Source of the DNA: Clostridia bacterium
GTDB lineage: Bacteria > Bacillota > Clostridia > Oscillospirales > CAG-272
Direction of reading: 5' to 3'
Length of the DNA: 64,000 bases
NCBI GenBank assembly: GCA_017625935.1
Contig: JAGALA010000029.1
Span: 1,277 to 65,276 of the forward strand
How positions within the stretch are numbered: the first letter of the stretch is position 1; each line of letters starts with the position of its first letter. The notes below the pieces were generated by a model. It was not told the DNA's origin. It did no database searches and saw only the letters and a list, made by a program, of their open reading frames with translations. Below, one piece after another: positions 27,895 to 37,319 of the stretch. The position numbers and the translations under genes are program-made.

Positions 27895-29514
27895 TTATTC
27901 AATAAAGGTTGTGTATGTGATTTTTGCATCCACCCTCGTCTCGCCTGTGTTAACAAGCTCAAACTCTATAAGTGAAATGCCGTCAAAGCTGATTTCGATA
28001 ACGCCTTTTTCGTTCGATGTATATTCCACGCCGTTAAAAATAACCTTGAGTCCGTCAGCCTCGCTGATTGTAAGCGTCGTTCTTGTCAAGCGTGCACCCT
28101 TGAAATAAAGCGTTGCGCCGCCGTCAAGTGCAGCAAGCATTTCCTTTGGCTCGGTTGTATCGGTTAAGGTAATGCGCTTGTCGGCTGATGTGCCGCTATT
28201 GTTTGCTTCAAGATAGCAGCAAGCAAAGTACGGTGCGTTTTCAATTGGCACCTCAAGTTTTGTACCCTCGATAACCGTGCCGTCATCCTCGCTGCCCGCG
28301 CCAACCGTAAATATTGTGCGATCGCCCTCGAACCAGCCGCTGTGCTTGCCTATATTTGTTACCGCATAAAGAAGCTCGCGAGTTAGCGGAACGACGCCCG
28401 TGTCGTCGCATTTTTCCGCATAGGTGAGGAACATATTATTGTAAATCTCGGTGCGCAAAAGCTTTCCGTCTTCACCGTAAATTGAGCCGTAGAGTGCCGC
28501 AGTTTCGCAAATTTCGGAGAACGGAGCTATATATTTGCTTGCACTTGTGATTCGCATAAGCACAACGGGACCGTTTTCATCTCCCAAATGGAAGAAGCCG
28601 TCCTGCGCGCTATACACAATAGATAAGTCCTTATCCGTTATATCAACGTCAACGAGGTTGGCGTTTAGGTATGAATAAACGCATTTTTCGCTTGGATACT
28701 CAATAGGTAAATAATCGATTTTAGGTGTTTCCGCCGTCGGATCGGATACGCGCTCGACGGTTAAAATACAGGAGTCAACGACGAGTGAGCGCACACCGAT
28801 AATAATTCGTGTAGTACCCGTAAAGCCGCTTGAAACGCCCGAATCCTTAACCTCAATTTCAAATGCTCTGTCCTTAATTTCTACGCTGCTTTGTTCAAAA
28901 ACGTAATGCTCGCTTCCGCCAAAGTAGCCAATTGTCAAGGCAACGTCGGAGATGTAGCTGAATTTATATACGCCGCCGCGTGTAGGCTCGAAAACGTAGT
29001 AGGTCATACCGTCAATATCTACAAGGGTTGCGCCCTCTTCGACAAATTTAGCGCGGTATTCGTATCTCTCTCCGCTTTCACTATCGTACGGATACATTGT
29101 GAATTCGCGATCGCCAAGCTCGGAATAAAGCATAATTTCCTTCGTGGGATTTTTCTCCGTAAGAACACAGCTTTCCTTGTCGTAGGTAACCGTTTCGTCG
29201 GTCAAAACAAGCTCGAAGGTGTATTCACCCTTTTCAAGTTTGAAGCTTGCCTCACCGTCCTTATTTGACTTTTTCATTGAGCCAAGCTCCTCTCCGTCCT
29301 TATAAAGCTGAACGAAAAGTCCTGAGGAAACAGGTGCGCCCGTGTAGTCCACAACCTTTACGGTATAGACAATTTCACTTGACCCCGTGTCCGTATTTGT
29401 GTCGCTGTTTGTGTTTGTTTCAGTACCGCCGCCGTTTCCCGAGCAGGAGGCAAAAAGCATACACAGGGTGAGCAAAAGCACTGCTATAAGTGCTGTAAAT
29501 ATTTTATTTTTCAT
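27895..29514 (-). CDS. Lipoprotein paralog 2 (539 aa)
   Basis: Lipobox LFASC, then GGGTETNTNSDTNTDTGSS, then YTVKVVDYTGAPVSSGLFVQLYKDGEE. The C-terminal part resembles segments of the 1101-aa paralog. Confidence 0.8.
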   Translation of the reverse strand: MKNKIFTALIAVLLLTLCMLFASCSGNGGGTETNTNSDTNTDTGSSEIVYTVKVVDYTGAPVSSGLFVQLYKDGEELGSMKKSNKDGEASFKLEKGEYTFELVLTDETVTYDKESCVLTEKNPTKEIMLYSELGDREFTMYPYDSESGERYEYRAKFVEEGATLVDIDGMTYYVFEPTRGGVYKFSYISDVALTIGYFGGSEHYVFEQSSVEIKDRAFEIEVKDSGVSSGFTGTTRIIIGVRSLVVDSCILTVERVSDPTAETPKIDYLPIEYPSEKCVYSYLNANLVDVDITDKDLSIVYSAQDGFFHLGDENGPVVLMRITSASKYIAPFSEICETAALYGSIYGEDGKLLRTEIYNNMFLTYAEKCDDTGVVPLTRELLYAVTNIGKHSGWFEGDRTIFTVGAGSEDDGTVIEGTKLEVPIENAPYFACCYLEANNSGTSADKRITLTDTTEPKEMLAALDGGATLYFKGARLTRTTLTISEADGLKVIFNGVEYTSNEKGVIEISFDGISLIEFELVNTGETRVDAKITYTTFIE

Positions 29515-29598
29515 CTTTTTTCTCTATTTTTCAAAAGGAGCGCCGCGTGTGCGACGGCTCCCTTGAATGCTTTTCAAATTTTTTCGGTAATGCTTAAA

Positions 29599-32500
29599 TT
29601 ACTGTCCGAGATACTCGTAGTAGTAGCAAAGCTTTGTCCAAGAATGCTCAACACCCTCAAAGGTGAACTTATCCATAAGCATCTGAAGTGCCTCTGCAAG
29701 CTCCTTGGTAACTGCGACACAGCCCTGACGCTCAACGTCTTCGGTATCGCTGTTGTGCACAAGCTCCGCATATTTCTTGATAAGCGCGGTATAGTCCGGT
29801 GCGGGAACTGCGTTCTTCGGAATTTCCTGAAGCACCATTGTTGTCTCGCCTGTCAATTCGTCAGTTACGTACTCGTAGCCGAAGGACTTATAAACGCCGT
29901 CAACGTAGTAGCCGTGGTATTTTTCCTCAAGAATATCGTCAATTTGATAATACTTGTAGTTATGCTCGTAGTCAGCGCCCCACGCATCCTTGAGTCCGTC
30001 CAAGCCGTATCTGTCAAGATAAGCTATTGCCATTTGGTCAACCTCGGTAATTGCGAAGTTGAATGCGCCAATGTCGCAAAGCATCTTGATTGACTGTGTG
30101 GTGAAGATTGACGTTGTCTGATAGAAGTCGGCATAAACGATTGAGCCAAGCTCGCCGTTTGCCTTTAAGTGGTGGTAGTAGCCGTCCTCGCCGAGTTTAA
30201 CGTCGATACCGCCCGCGATGGTGTCACCCATTGCGCCGCCAACGCCCTCCTCGTAGGTAAATACTCCCGGAGATGCCGCGATGAAGTTGTCATACGTTTC
30301 GCCAAGGTATTTTACGTCAAAGGTGAATTTACCGTATTGATATTGGTCATAGTAAGCAAAGTCGATATAGTATTCCTCGCCCGCCTTCATATAAGCAACC
30401 ATAGATGCGTTTGTAAAGTCACGCTCGTACGTGCCGTCTCCGTCGGGGTCGATAAGAAGCTCTGTGCAGAAGCGCTCGCCTGTGTCGGAGTGCGTATAAA
30501 GAATTCTGTCGCCTGTTTCTATCCAGCTATCGTGGCCACCGATGAAGATCCAGCCGTTTACCTCATAATCACTGTTTGTTGTGAAGCGGTAAACGCCGTC
30601 CTTTGTTGGAACGAACTTATAAAGAAGACCTCTTGGCATAATTACTCTGTTGTATTCAACGAGGTTCGGTGCGTCCTCCTTTACCTCGTATGCGCTGAAT
30701 GATGCAAGTCCCTTAATTGGGTCGATGAGCTGTGCGCCGTTTGTGCCGTATGCATCGTAGTATGAGCAGAGCGTGAGCCATTGGTTAGGGTTACCCTCGC
30801 CAACGCCGATGTATTGGTCAACGAATGCTTCGAGATATTTTCTAAGTGTAGGAGTAACGGAGCAAAGATTGTAGATTTGTGAGTTGGATGCGTAGTTACA
30901 GTACTTAATTAAGTCGCTGTAATAGTTAACGCCGTCTATGAAAAACTCCTTGGTTTCGCTGATTTCAAGAGTAATGCTGTAATCATTTGAGAAGTTTGTA
31001 TAGCCGATGAGGTTTGCAAGAAGGATTGGACCTGTCTCGGAGCCAACGTGATAATAGCCGTCTGCGCCCAAGAAAACCTCAACGTAATTTTCGTAGTCAC
31101 TGCCGTACTCGTTTAGGTTGGTTGCGGCATCACGCGGAATAAAGGTTTCAACGTCAACCGCTTCCTTGTCAACAACGCGGAAGTTGGAGAGGTAAACAGC
31201 ATCGTCTCCGTCATAGTCTGCGTAGTCCTTGTTGTAAACGAATGCAACGTCATACAAGCCGTCCTCGGTTGCAACCCATGGGCAGCAGCCCTGCCAATTG
31301 TTGTCCTCACCTGAAATTGTGTAAATATCCTGTCCGTTAACCAAAACGTAAAGCACGTCGTAGCCGTACTGCGTTGAGGTTAAGTAATCGAACATAATTG
31401 CCTCGCCAGCCTTAAGCTCTACCTTTGCGTGAAGCGTTGCAAATGAGGTGTCCTGGTCGTAGTTTGATGGCTTAACGCACACTACGCCGTTCTTTTCGGT
31501 GATAACGAAGGGCCAAGAATAATCCCAGTCTGATGTTTCGGTTTCGGGCAAGAACTCAATGCTTGCGCCGTCCTTATTAAGAGCCTCGTTATATTCCTCG
31601 TTTGAGGGCGCCTCCTCGGTCGGCTTAACGGTCGGAGTCAATTCGCCAATGCCGTTAAAGAGGTTTTGTGTATAATCCTTAACCGAGTAGTAGTTAAAGA
31701 GTGCATCGAAATACTTTTCGTTTGGAATACCGCCCTGGTGCATAAAGGAAATCATACCGTAACGGTCGATAACTATCGTTACAGGGTTACCTGTAATGCC
31801 GAAGCAGGACTCGATGTCGTTTTCGTCCTTAATCATAGGAAGATTGAGTGCAAATGCTTTATAAAGGTCGTCCTTTGCGTTTGCAAAAACAGCATTAAGC
31901 GCTGTTTCGTCTGTTACGTCAACCGATTTGAGCGCTTCCGCAAATGAAGCAAGCGCACGCTTTACGTTTGAGTCGTCCTCTTGCAAAATAGCAGCTTCGA
32001 TAGCGCTTGCTACTGCCTGTGCCTGCGCTGCTACGTCATCTGCCTCCAAAATGAGAACCAAGGTGCTATCAAAGCCCTCGTCAATCTTTTGTTGGCTGAG
32101 AACCTCGTAGGAAATGCCCTTACCTATTGCATTTGTCAGCTCGTTTCCGACAAGTGATGCGCGCAATGTTGTGAAATCGTTATATGCGTAGTGGAAGCTG
32201 TTCTTAAATCTTTCAACGTCAGAAATTGAGTCACCGCCGAGCTTGCCGTTCAAGGCAAAGAGCGCGATAACGTCCGAATACTTAGCGTATGAAGCCTCCA
32301 TATCGGGGAATTCCTCGATACAGTAGTTACAGGTTGTGAACCAGAAGTTAAGAACAATTGCCTTCTTCTCCTCTAAAAGCTCGGAGAAGGAAACGGTTTG
32401 TCCGTTATAGTTAATCTTGTAGTCGTGAATGATATCACCAAGCTCGTATCGAGCGCCGCCTGAGCTGCCGCTTATCGGTGCGGAGGTGAGAGTAATTGTC

Positions 32501-32904
32501 GCGCCTGTTGTACCCATTGGGTAAGAATCCTCAACTATGTAGCCCTCGGGATAGTCCTCAAGAGAGATTGTATAGCCGTCTGCACGTGGAAGGGTGAGCG
32601 TAACGCTACCTTGATAGTTGGTAGTGCCGATGCCTTCCTTTTTGATGTTACCCTCAGCGTCGGCAACGTAAACCTTAACGCCCTCGAGTGCCATACCGCC
32701 GATCGATTTAACGTTTACCGTATAACCAACCTTATCGGCGTTTTGGTTGCCTGTATTGGTATCAGACGAACCTGTGTCGGTGTTGGTATTTGTGTTGGTG
32801 CTTGTGTCGGTGTTATCGGGTCCGCAAGCAACGAGCTGCATAACAACCGTTAAAACCATAACAAGAGCCAAAACAAAGGATAAAATTCTTTTTTTGTTTG
32901 CCAT
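29599..32904 (-). CDS. Lipoprotein paralog 3 (1101 aa) with an embedded TlpA-like thioredoxin fold (CNYC)
   Basis: Lipobox QLVAC, then TDTSTNTNTNTDTGSSDTNTGN, then YTVNVKSIGGMALEGVKVYV. KKAIVLNFWFTTCNYCIEEFP has Cys192/Cys195 (codons at about 32320-32331), and GNPVTIVIDRYGMISFMHQG closes the fold. Confidence 0.8.
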   Translation of the reverse strand: MANKKRILSFVLALVMVLTVVMQLVACGPDNTDTSTNTNTNTDTGSSDTNTGNQNADKVGYTVNVKSIGGMALEGVKVYVADAEGNIKKEGIGTTNYQGSVTLTLPRADGYTISLEDYPEGYIVEDSYPMGTTGATITLTSAPISGSSGGARYELGDIIHDYKINYNGQTVSFSELLEEKKAIVLNFWFTTCNYCIEEFPDMEASYAKYSDVIALFALNGKLGGDSISDVERFKNSFHYAYNDFTTLRASLVGNELTNAIGKGISYEVLSQQKIDEGFDSTLVLILEADDVAAQAQAVASAIEAAILQEDDSNVKRALASFAEALKSVDVTDETALNAVFANAKDDLYKAFALNLPMIKDENDIESCFGITGNPVTIVIDRYGMISFMHQGGIPNEKYFDALFNYYSVKDYTQNLFNGIGELTPTVKPTEEAPSNEEYNEALNKDGASIEFLPETETSDWDYSWPFVITEKNGVVCVKPSNYDQDTSFATLHAKVELKAGEAIMFDYLTSTQYGYDVLYVLVNGQDIYTISGEDNNWQGCCPWVATEDGLYDVAFVYNKDYADYDGDDAVYLSNFRVVDKEAVDVETFIPRDAATNLNEYGSDYENYVEVFLGADGYYHVGSETGPILLANLIGYTNFSNDYSITLEISETKEFFIDGVNYYSDLIKYCNYASNSQIYNLCSVTPTLRKYLEAFVDQYIGVGEGNPNQWLTLCSYYDAYGTNGAQLIDPIKGLASFSAYEVKEDAPNLVEYNRVIMPRGLLYKFVPTKDGVYRFTTNSDYEVNGWIFIGGHDSWIETGDRILYTHSDTGERFCTELLIDPDGDGTYERDFTNASMVAYMKAGEEYYIDFAYYDQYQYGKFTFDVKYLGETYDNFIAASPGVFTYEEGVGGAMGDTIAGGIDVKLGEDGYYHHLKANGELGSIVYADFYQTTSIFTTQSIKMLCDIGAFNFAITEVDQMAIAYLDRYGLDGLKDAWGADYEHNYKYYQIDDILEEKYHGYYVDGVYKSFGYEYVTDELTGETTMVLQEIPKNAVPAPDYTALIKKYAELVHNSDTEDVERQGCVAVTKELAEALQMLMDKFTFEGVEHSWTKLCYYYEYLGQ

Positions 32905-33169
32905 AATTTATTACTCCTATATAATAATTAAGAATTTATTGCGCTAATATTATATCATAAGCGTATGCTTTTGTCAACTAAAGTGATAAATTGATGAAGA
33001 GGAAAGCTCACCTTTTTTAAAAAAAGTGGCGGGGAGTGTCTGATTTTCGAGGTTTATTTCATTGAAATTCATTAAAAATTAACAAAATACCAATCGTTTA
33101 TAATTGGTTTTTCTTTCGTTTTACATTAGTAGAAAGAGAAATATAATATGATATTTTCGCAATGCAGCC

Positions 33170-33207
33170 CTGAAAACAAAAAGAGGACCTTTTTCGGAAG
33201 TCCTCTT
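33170..33207 (-). terminator. Intrinsic terminator after the GT2 gene
   Basis: AAGAGGAC ... GTCCTCTT; the minus-strand reading is followed by TTTGTTTT. Confidence 0.6.
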
Positions 33208-33224
33208 TATTTATTAGAGATAAG

Positions 33225-34466
33225 TCAAAGCTTTTTCTTTAAATAAGCGCGGATTTTTGAGCCCTTTTTGAAAACAAAAAGTCCGAGCAGATAAGCAGGC
33301 CTTGTGTAAACGATTTTGTGTCTTGCCTTGATTTTGCGCTTGGGGACAATGACAATTTTCTTTGCACTCTTATCAATTACGGCGCCCTCGTATTTCTGAA
33401 GATATTCAAGGGTCTTGACAACGTACGCGTCGCGTGGGCTGTAAACTACGTTTAACGGCTCCTTGGCATTATAGACACGGCGAAGCTCTCTGTCTATATC
33501 AAGGAAGTTTTCGCCCAAAAGAATGGTGCTGATATACGCGGTTGAATCCTTCACACGGGAAAGCTCCAGCTTATCCTGCTTGTATTTTTCCCTTACGTAG
33601 TCAATCATATCGAAATATTTTTGGTTTTTCGCATATGAATAATGCTTTCTTGCCATGAGTGAGCGCCAGCTTAGTATGCCCTCTTTGATTTTCTCGCCGT
33701 ATTCTCCGCTCGGTAAATTTTCAAGCATTATATCAAAGGTAAGTGCCATTTGGTCTATCTCTTTTTTTAGACCCTCCTTGCCGTTCGTTGATACGCTTTG
33801 GTCATCGTGAACTCTGTAAAAGTAGTACCCTGTGTGCGTATTTACGAGCTTTTTGGCATTTTTCATAACAAAATAGTTTGAGAGCGCATCCTCTGAAAAG
33901 GTGAATTTTTTAGCCAAAACCGCCTCTGTTTTTTCAATCTCCGCTTTTGCCTTAAGAAGCAAGGATTTTTTAAAAAGCTTATTCCATTGCACAAAATACG
34001 AGTGCAACCTACCCTCACCCGAGGCGTAAAAGGACAAAATGTCCTTGCCCTCAAATTCAAGGTTTTCGGTTACGGTAATATCCCCGTCGCAGGCGTGCTT
34101 TGTGGTTTGCGAGTCAAATGCCCAATCGTTAATAACAATATCAGCGCCCGTTTCCTCTGCTTTTTTGAGCATCGGTGCATAATAGTTAAAGGACACGGTA
34201 TCGTCTGAGTCACAAAACGCAATATAGTCGCCCTTGGCTATCATAATAGCGTAAAGGCGCGTTGCCAAAAGACCTCTGTTTTCCGTTTTTACGTACACAG
34301 GGTCGTGCTTTTTTAAAATTTCATCATATTTTTTGCTTGAGCCGTCATCGACAACCAAAAGCTCGTAATCCTCTTTTTTCAAGGTGCTTTTCCTTATCGA
34401 ATCAAGGCAAGCGTCAAGATATTCCTCTTTTGTATTATATAGACAAACAACAATACTCAGCTTCAT
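33225..34466 (-). CDS. Family-2 glycosyltransferase
   Basis: LSIVVCLYNTKEEYLDACLDSI...ELLVVDDGSS and AFCDSDD motifs. I prefer the ATG at 34466 to the TTG at 34496. Confidence 0.85.
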   Translation of the reverse strand: MKLSIVVCLYNTKEEYLDACLDSIRKSTLKKEDYELLVVDDGSSKKYDEILKKHDPVYVKTENRGLLATRLYAIMIAKGDYIAFCDSDDTVSFNYYAPMLKKAEETGADIVINDWAFDSQTTKHACDGDITVTENLEFEGKDILSFYASGEGRLHSYFVQWNKLFKKSLLLKAKAEIEKTEAVLAKKFTFSEDALSNYFVMKNAKKLVNTHTGYYFYRVHDDQSVSTNGKEGLKKEIDQMALTFDIMLENLPSGEYGEKIKEGILSWRSLMARKHYSYAKNQKYFDMIDYVREKYKQDKLELSRVKDSTAYISTILLGENFLDIDRELRRVYNAKEPLNVVYSPRDAYVVKTLEYLQKYEGAVIDKSAKKIVIVPKRKIKARHKIVYTRPAYLLGLFVFKKGSKIRAYLKKKL

Positions 34467-34562
34467 TTTTCTTCTCTTTTCTTCTTTTTTTGCCAAATAT
34501 ATTATACAGGCAACTACTCATTTTGTCAACGAAAAAATATAACAAAAAATATCGATATACAA

Positions 34563-34591
34563 TTGACTTTTTGCTTCATTTATATTATACT
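34563..34591 (+). promoter_or_regulatory. Sigma-A-type promoter of the GH gene
   Basis: TTGACT, a 17-nt spacer, then TATACT. It is followed by a perfect 9-bp inverted repeat, GTGCATTTT (34599-34607) and AAAATGCAC (34625-34633). Confidence 0.45.
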
Positions 34592-34667
34592 ATGAACAGT
34601 GCATTTTTTCATTTTATTTTATATAAAATGCACAAAAGTATTTTGTTTCTGACCAAGGAGAGAAAAA

Positions 34668-36632
34668 ATGAACAAAACACAAAAAATCAGGGTCACCCCC
34701 GATATGCTCATCAACGATATGGGCATTGAAAAAATCGAGAACTTCTTTTGCGAATTTGATAATGACGGCGACCCGCTAAACGGTATCGAGGGAGCTGTCC
34801 CACAGGTTCATCCAAGACATGACCATTGGTGGATCGGTATGACCGATTTGGCATTTACCGTTGATTTGGGCGCTATTTATCAAATTACCAACATGTATAT
34901 TTATAACGACTACGACGCATATAAGCCCGATCAGGATAAGCACGACTATGGCGTACGCAAGGTTAAGGTTAAGATGGGCACTCCGTTTGCTTGGGAATAT
35001 AATGAGGAGCTTGCCCCCGAGCAAAGAAAATGGACGGGCTTTGAAACAAGCTACAAGACGCGTTATATAAATTTCTCCTTTAACAACAACCAAGCACCGA
35101 GCGAAATTTTGATTTACGGCTACAAGGTTGAGGACGTTGACCTTTCAATCCCTGAAAGAAAGGAGCACAAGCGTAGCGACCTTTCAAAATTCGTAGGTAT
35201 GAACGGCTTTATTAACGACGGCGACGATATTTTGCGCGCTTGCTCATATATCCGTGAATATCACCCATGGCTTTGGACCTGTGAGCCCGACGGCATCAAC
35301 ACCGCAATCAAGGTGAACCCAAGCTATGCGGGTCAGTGGGATTTCGACGGCTACTACAAAAAGCTTCACGAGTGGGGCATTGACGTAGCCCCCACAATCT
35401 CAACGCACTCAAAGCGTTGTCCAAAGGACCATACGCACGATTCCTGTGATCCTGCAAACTATACCTCATATGCATCTATGCTCTTCCAATTTGTTGCGCG
35501 CTACGGCAGCAACAAGAATATTGACCCTGACCTTATCAAGGTTGCAGAGGGCGAGGAAAAGAAGATCGGTCTTGGCTACTTAACTGCGATTGAGCCGCTT
35601 AACGAGCCTGACGGCACTTGGCTTGGCCGTGACCCGTACTTCACTCCGTTTGAGATGGCTGCCTTCCTCAGCATGTGCTACGACGGACACGAGGGCAGAT
35701 ACAAAAACGTCGGCGTTAAGCAAGCTGACCCGAACTTTATTATGTCAATGTCGGGCGGCGCAGGCTTGCACCTTGGCAGACTTAAGGCAATGCAGTTCTG
35801 GTGCGAATACAACCGTACCGACAAGAAATTGCCGTTTGACGTAATCAACGCACACAGATACTGCGGTAAGCGCATCAACCTAAAGACAGGTAAGACAAAG
35901 AACGTTGACGTTAATATTGCCGACCGCGGCGATCAAAAGCAAATGGCTTACGTTGGTATTTCTCCCGACGAGGGCGATATTGTCGGAGCATTTTCAACTA
36001 TCATAGATTGGCGCGACAGATACTACCCCGATATGGAAATTTGGCTCACAGAGTTTGGCTGGGACACTAACCAATCATACGAGACCTCAACGTCCTCACA
36101 CGCATATGGCGAGTTTACGGGCAGACAGGTTCAAGGTATGTGGCTCGTTCGTGAATACCTCCTTCTCTCCTCAATAGGCGTTGAGCGCGCGGCGATGTAT
36201 ATGTCACGTGACTGCGGTCCTGAGGAAACAGCGGTTGGTAAGTACGGCTCCTCGGGTCTTGTTCGCTTCCCGATTGAAATCAATGCAAGAAACGTAATCC
36301 AAGGCAACAAGAAGGACTCCTTCTACTACGTATATACCACGAAGGAAATTTTGCAGGATACCTCATTTGTTTGTGAGGTTGAATCTTCAAATCCGAAGGT
36401 GAGAGTATTCAAGTACGAAACCAAGGAGGGCAAGGCAAGGTACGCCGTTTGGTGTCCATCCTCCAACTCCACGCAGGTTAAGCGCTTTAAGCTCAACGTG
36501 GGCGAGGGCGAATTTATCCTTGCGGAGCTTGCATTTGAAAAGTATAACGGCAAAAGAAGCGATTTGAAAAACAAAGAAGGTGTTGTTACCTTCTGCGCTT
36601 CAGAGATGCCTGTATTTATTATTGAAAAGTAA
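34668..36632 (+). CDS. Cytoplasmic clan GH-A-like glycoside hydrolase with an N-terminal beta-sandwich domain (family not determined)
   Basis: No signal peptide. A LNEPDG (acid/base-like NEP) motif and a WLTEFGWDTN (nucleophile-like TEFG) motif are spaced about 160 aa apart. Strong RBS AAGGAGAG. Confidence 0.7.
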   Translation: MNKTQKIRVTPDMLINDMGIEKIENFFCEFDNDGDPLNGIEGAVPQVHPRHDHWWIGMTDLAFTVDLGAIYQITNMYIYNDYDAYKPDQDKHDYGVRKVKVKMGTPFAWEYNEELAPEQRKWTGFETSYKTRYINFSFNNNQAPSEILIYGYKVEDVDLSIPERKEHKRSDLSKFVGMNGFINDGDDILRACSYIREYHPWLWTCEPDGINTAIKVNPSYAGQWDFDGYYKKLHEWGIDVAPTISTHSKRCPKDHTHDSCDPANYTSYASMLFQFVARYGSNKNIDPDLIKVAEGEEKKIGLGYLTAIEPLNEPDGTWLGRDPYFTPFEMAAFLSMCYDGHEGRYKNVGVKQADPNFIMSMSGGAGLHLGRLKAMQFWCEYNRTDKKLPFDVINAHRYCGKRINLKTGKTKNVDVNIADRGDQKQMAYVGISPDEGDIVGAFSTIIDWRDRYYPDMEIWLTEFGWDTNQSYETSTSSHAYGEFTGRQVQGMWLVREYLLLSSIGVERAAMYMSRDCGPEETAVGKYGSSGLVRFPIEINARNVIQGNKKDSFYYVYTTKEILQDTSFVCEVESSNPKVRVFKYETKEGKARYAVWCPSSNSTQVKRFKLNVGEGEFILAELAFEKYNGKRSDLKNKEGVVTFCASEMPVFIIEK

Positions 36633-36733
36633 GATATACACACCTCATCCACCGCTTGCAAAGCTGTTTCTTTACCGCAGCATTTACTTTGCGGTCCCCC
36701 TTCCCCTCAAGGGGAAGGCTGTTTGACGGTAAT
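36633..36733. repeat. Family-B hairpin repeat inserted at the 3' end of the GH gene
   Basis: CTCATCCACCGCT...GCGGTCCCCCTTCCCCTCAAGGGGAAGGCT, homologous to 40724-40771. Confidence 0.65.
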
Positions 36734-36781
36734 GTTACCTTCTATGCTTCGGAGATGCCTGTATTTGTTATTGAAAAGTAA
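36734..36781 (+). repeat. 48-nt duplicate of the GH gene 3' end, including a stop codon
   Basis: 44 of 48 nt are identical to 36585-36632. It would encode VTFYASEMPVFVIEK* versus VTFCASEMPVFIIEK*. Confidence 0.8.
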
Positions 36782-36789
36782 TATAAAAT

Positions 36790-36815
36790 ATGGCTACGGG
36801 CAAGCCCGTAGCCAT
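36790..36815. terminator. Terminator hairpin following the duplicated gene end
   Basis: ATGGCTACGGG-CAA-GCCCGTAGCCAT. Confidence 0.6.
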
Positions 36816-36837
36816 AATATTTTGACCTTTAATTAAG

Positions 36838-37074
36838 TCATGCGTAGTAGCCGTCCAAGAAAAACAGGAAGTCCTCAAGCACGTATGCGACGTCCATCAT
36901 ATCGATGTCGAGAAACATTGTTACCCCGGGGAACAATAATGCTATCGCGCCGAGCGCAAACAAGGTCGTTAAGATAAGCGCAAGTATCACCGCGCCTAAT
37001 ATGATAGCAATTTTTGCACCTGTTGGCATTTTCCTTTTGGCTGGTTTTGCAAATACGTTTATAACATTTGACAT
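36838..37074 (-). CDS. Small (78 aa) membrane protein
   Basis: Strong RBS (AAGGAGGT) and one long hydrophobic segment, KIAIILGAVILALILTTLFALGAIALLF. Confidence 0.6.
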   Translation of the reverse strand: MSNVINVFAKPAKRKMPTGAKIAIILGAVILALILTTLFALGAIALLFPGVTMFLDIDMMDVAYVLEDFLFFLDGYYA

Positions 37075-37212
37075 ATTTTTACCTCCTTATAAAGTGATTT
37101 GCAATCTAACGGTAGTGGAGGTCTTGACAGATTTGGTTAAGTAGAATTTTTTCATCAACCCTTCCGCCACCGTCACCTAAATTATACAAATTTTGGGTGT
37201 AAAATTCAAGTC

Positions 37213-37241
37213 TTGAAATTTCAAAAATATGGTGCTATAAT
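37213..37241 (+). promoter_or_regulatory. Sigma-A-type promoter of nrdG
   Basis: TTGAAA, a 17-nt spacer, then TATAAT. Confidence 0.5.
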
Positions 37242-37319
37242 AGTAATGTTGGTGCAAAATCGGGGTTTCAGACACCATTCACCGCGCCTTCAAATTACCG
37301 TCACAAAAGGGGGTAAAAT

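Noticed and set aside
34262-34729. ORF 34262-34729(+), 155 aa, spanning the GT2 5' end and the intergenic region.
   Set aside because: It is antisense to the GT2 gene for half its length and then crosses an AT-rich promoter region. The peptide is low-complexity.
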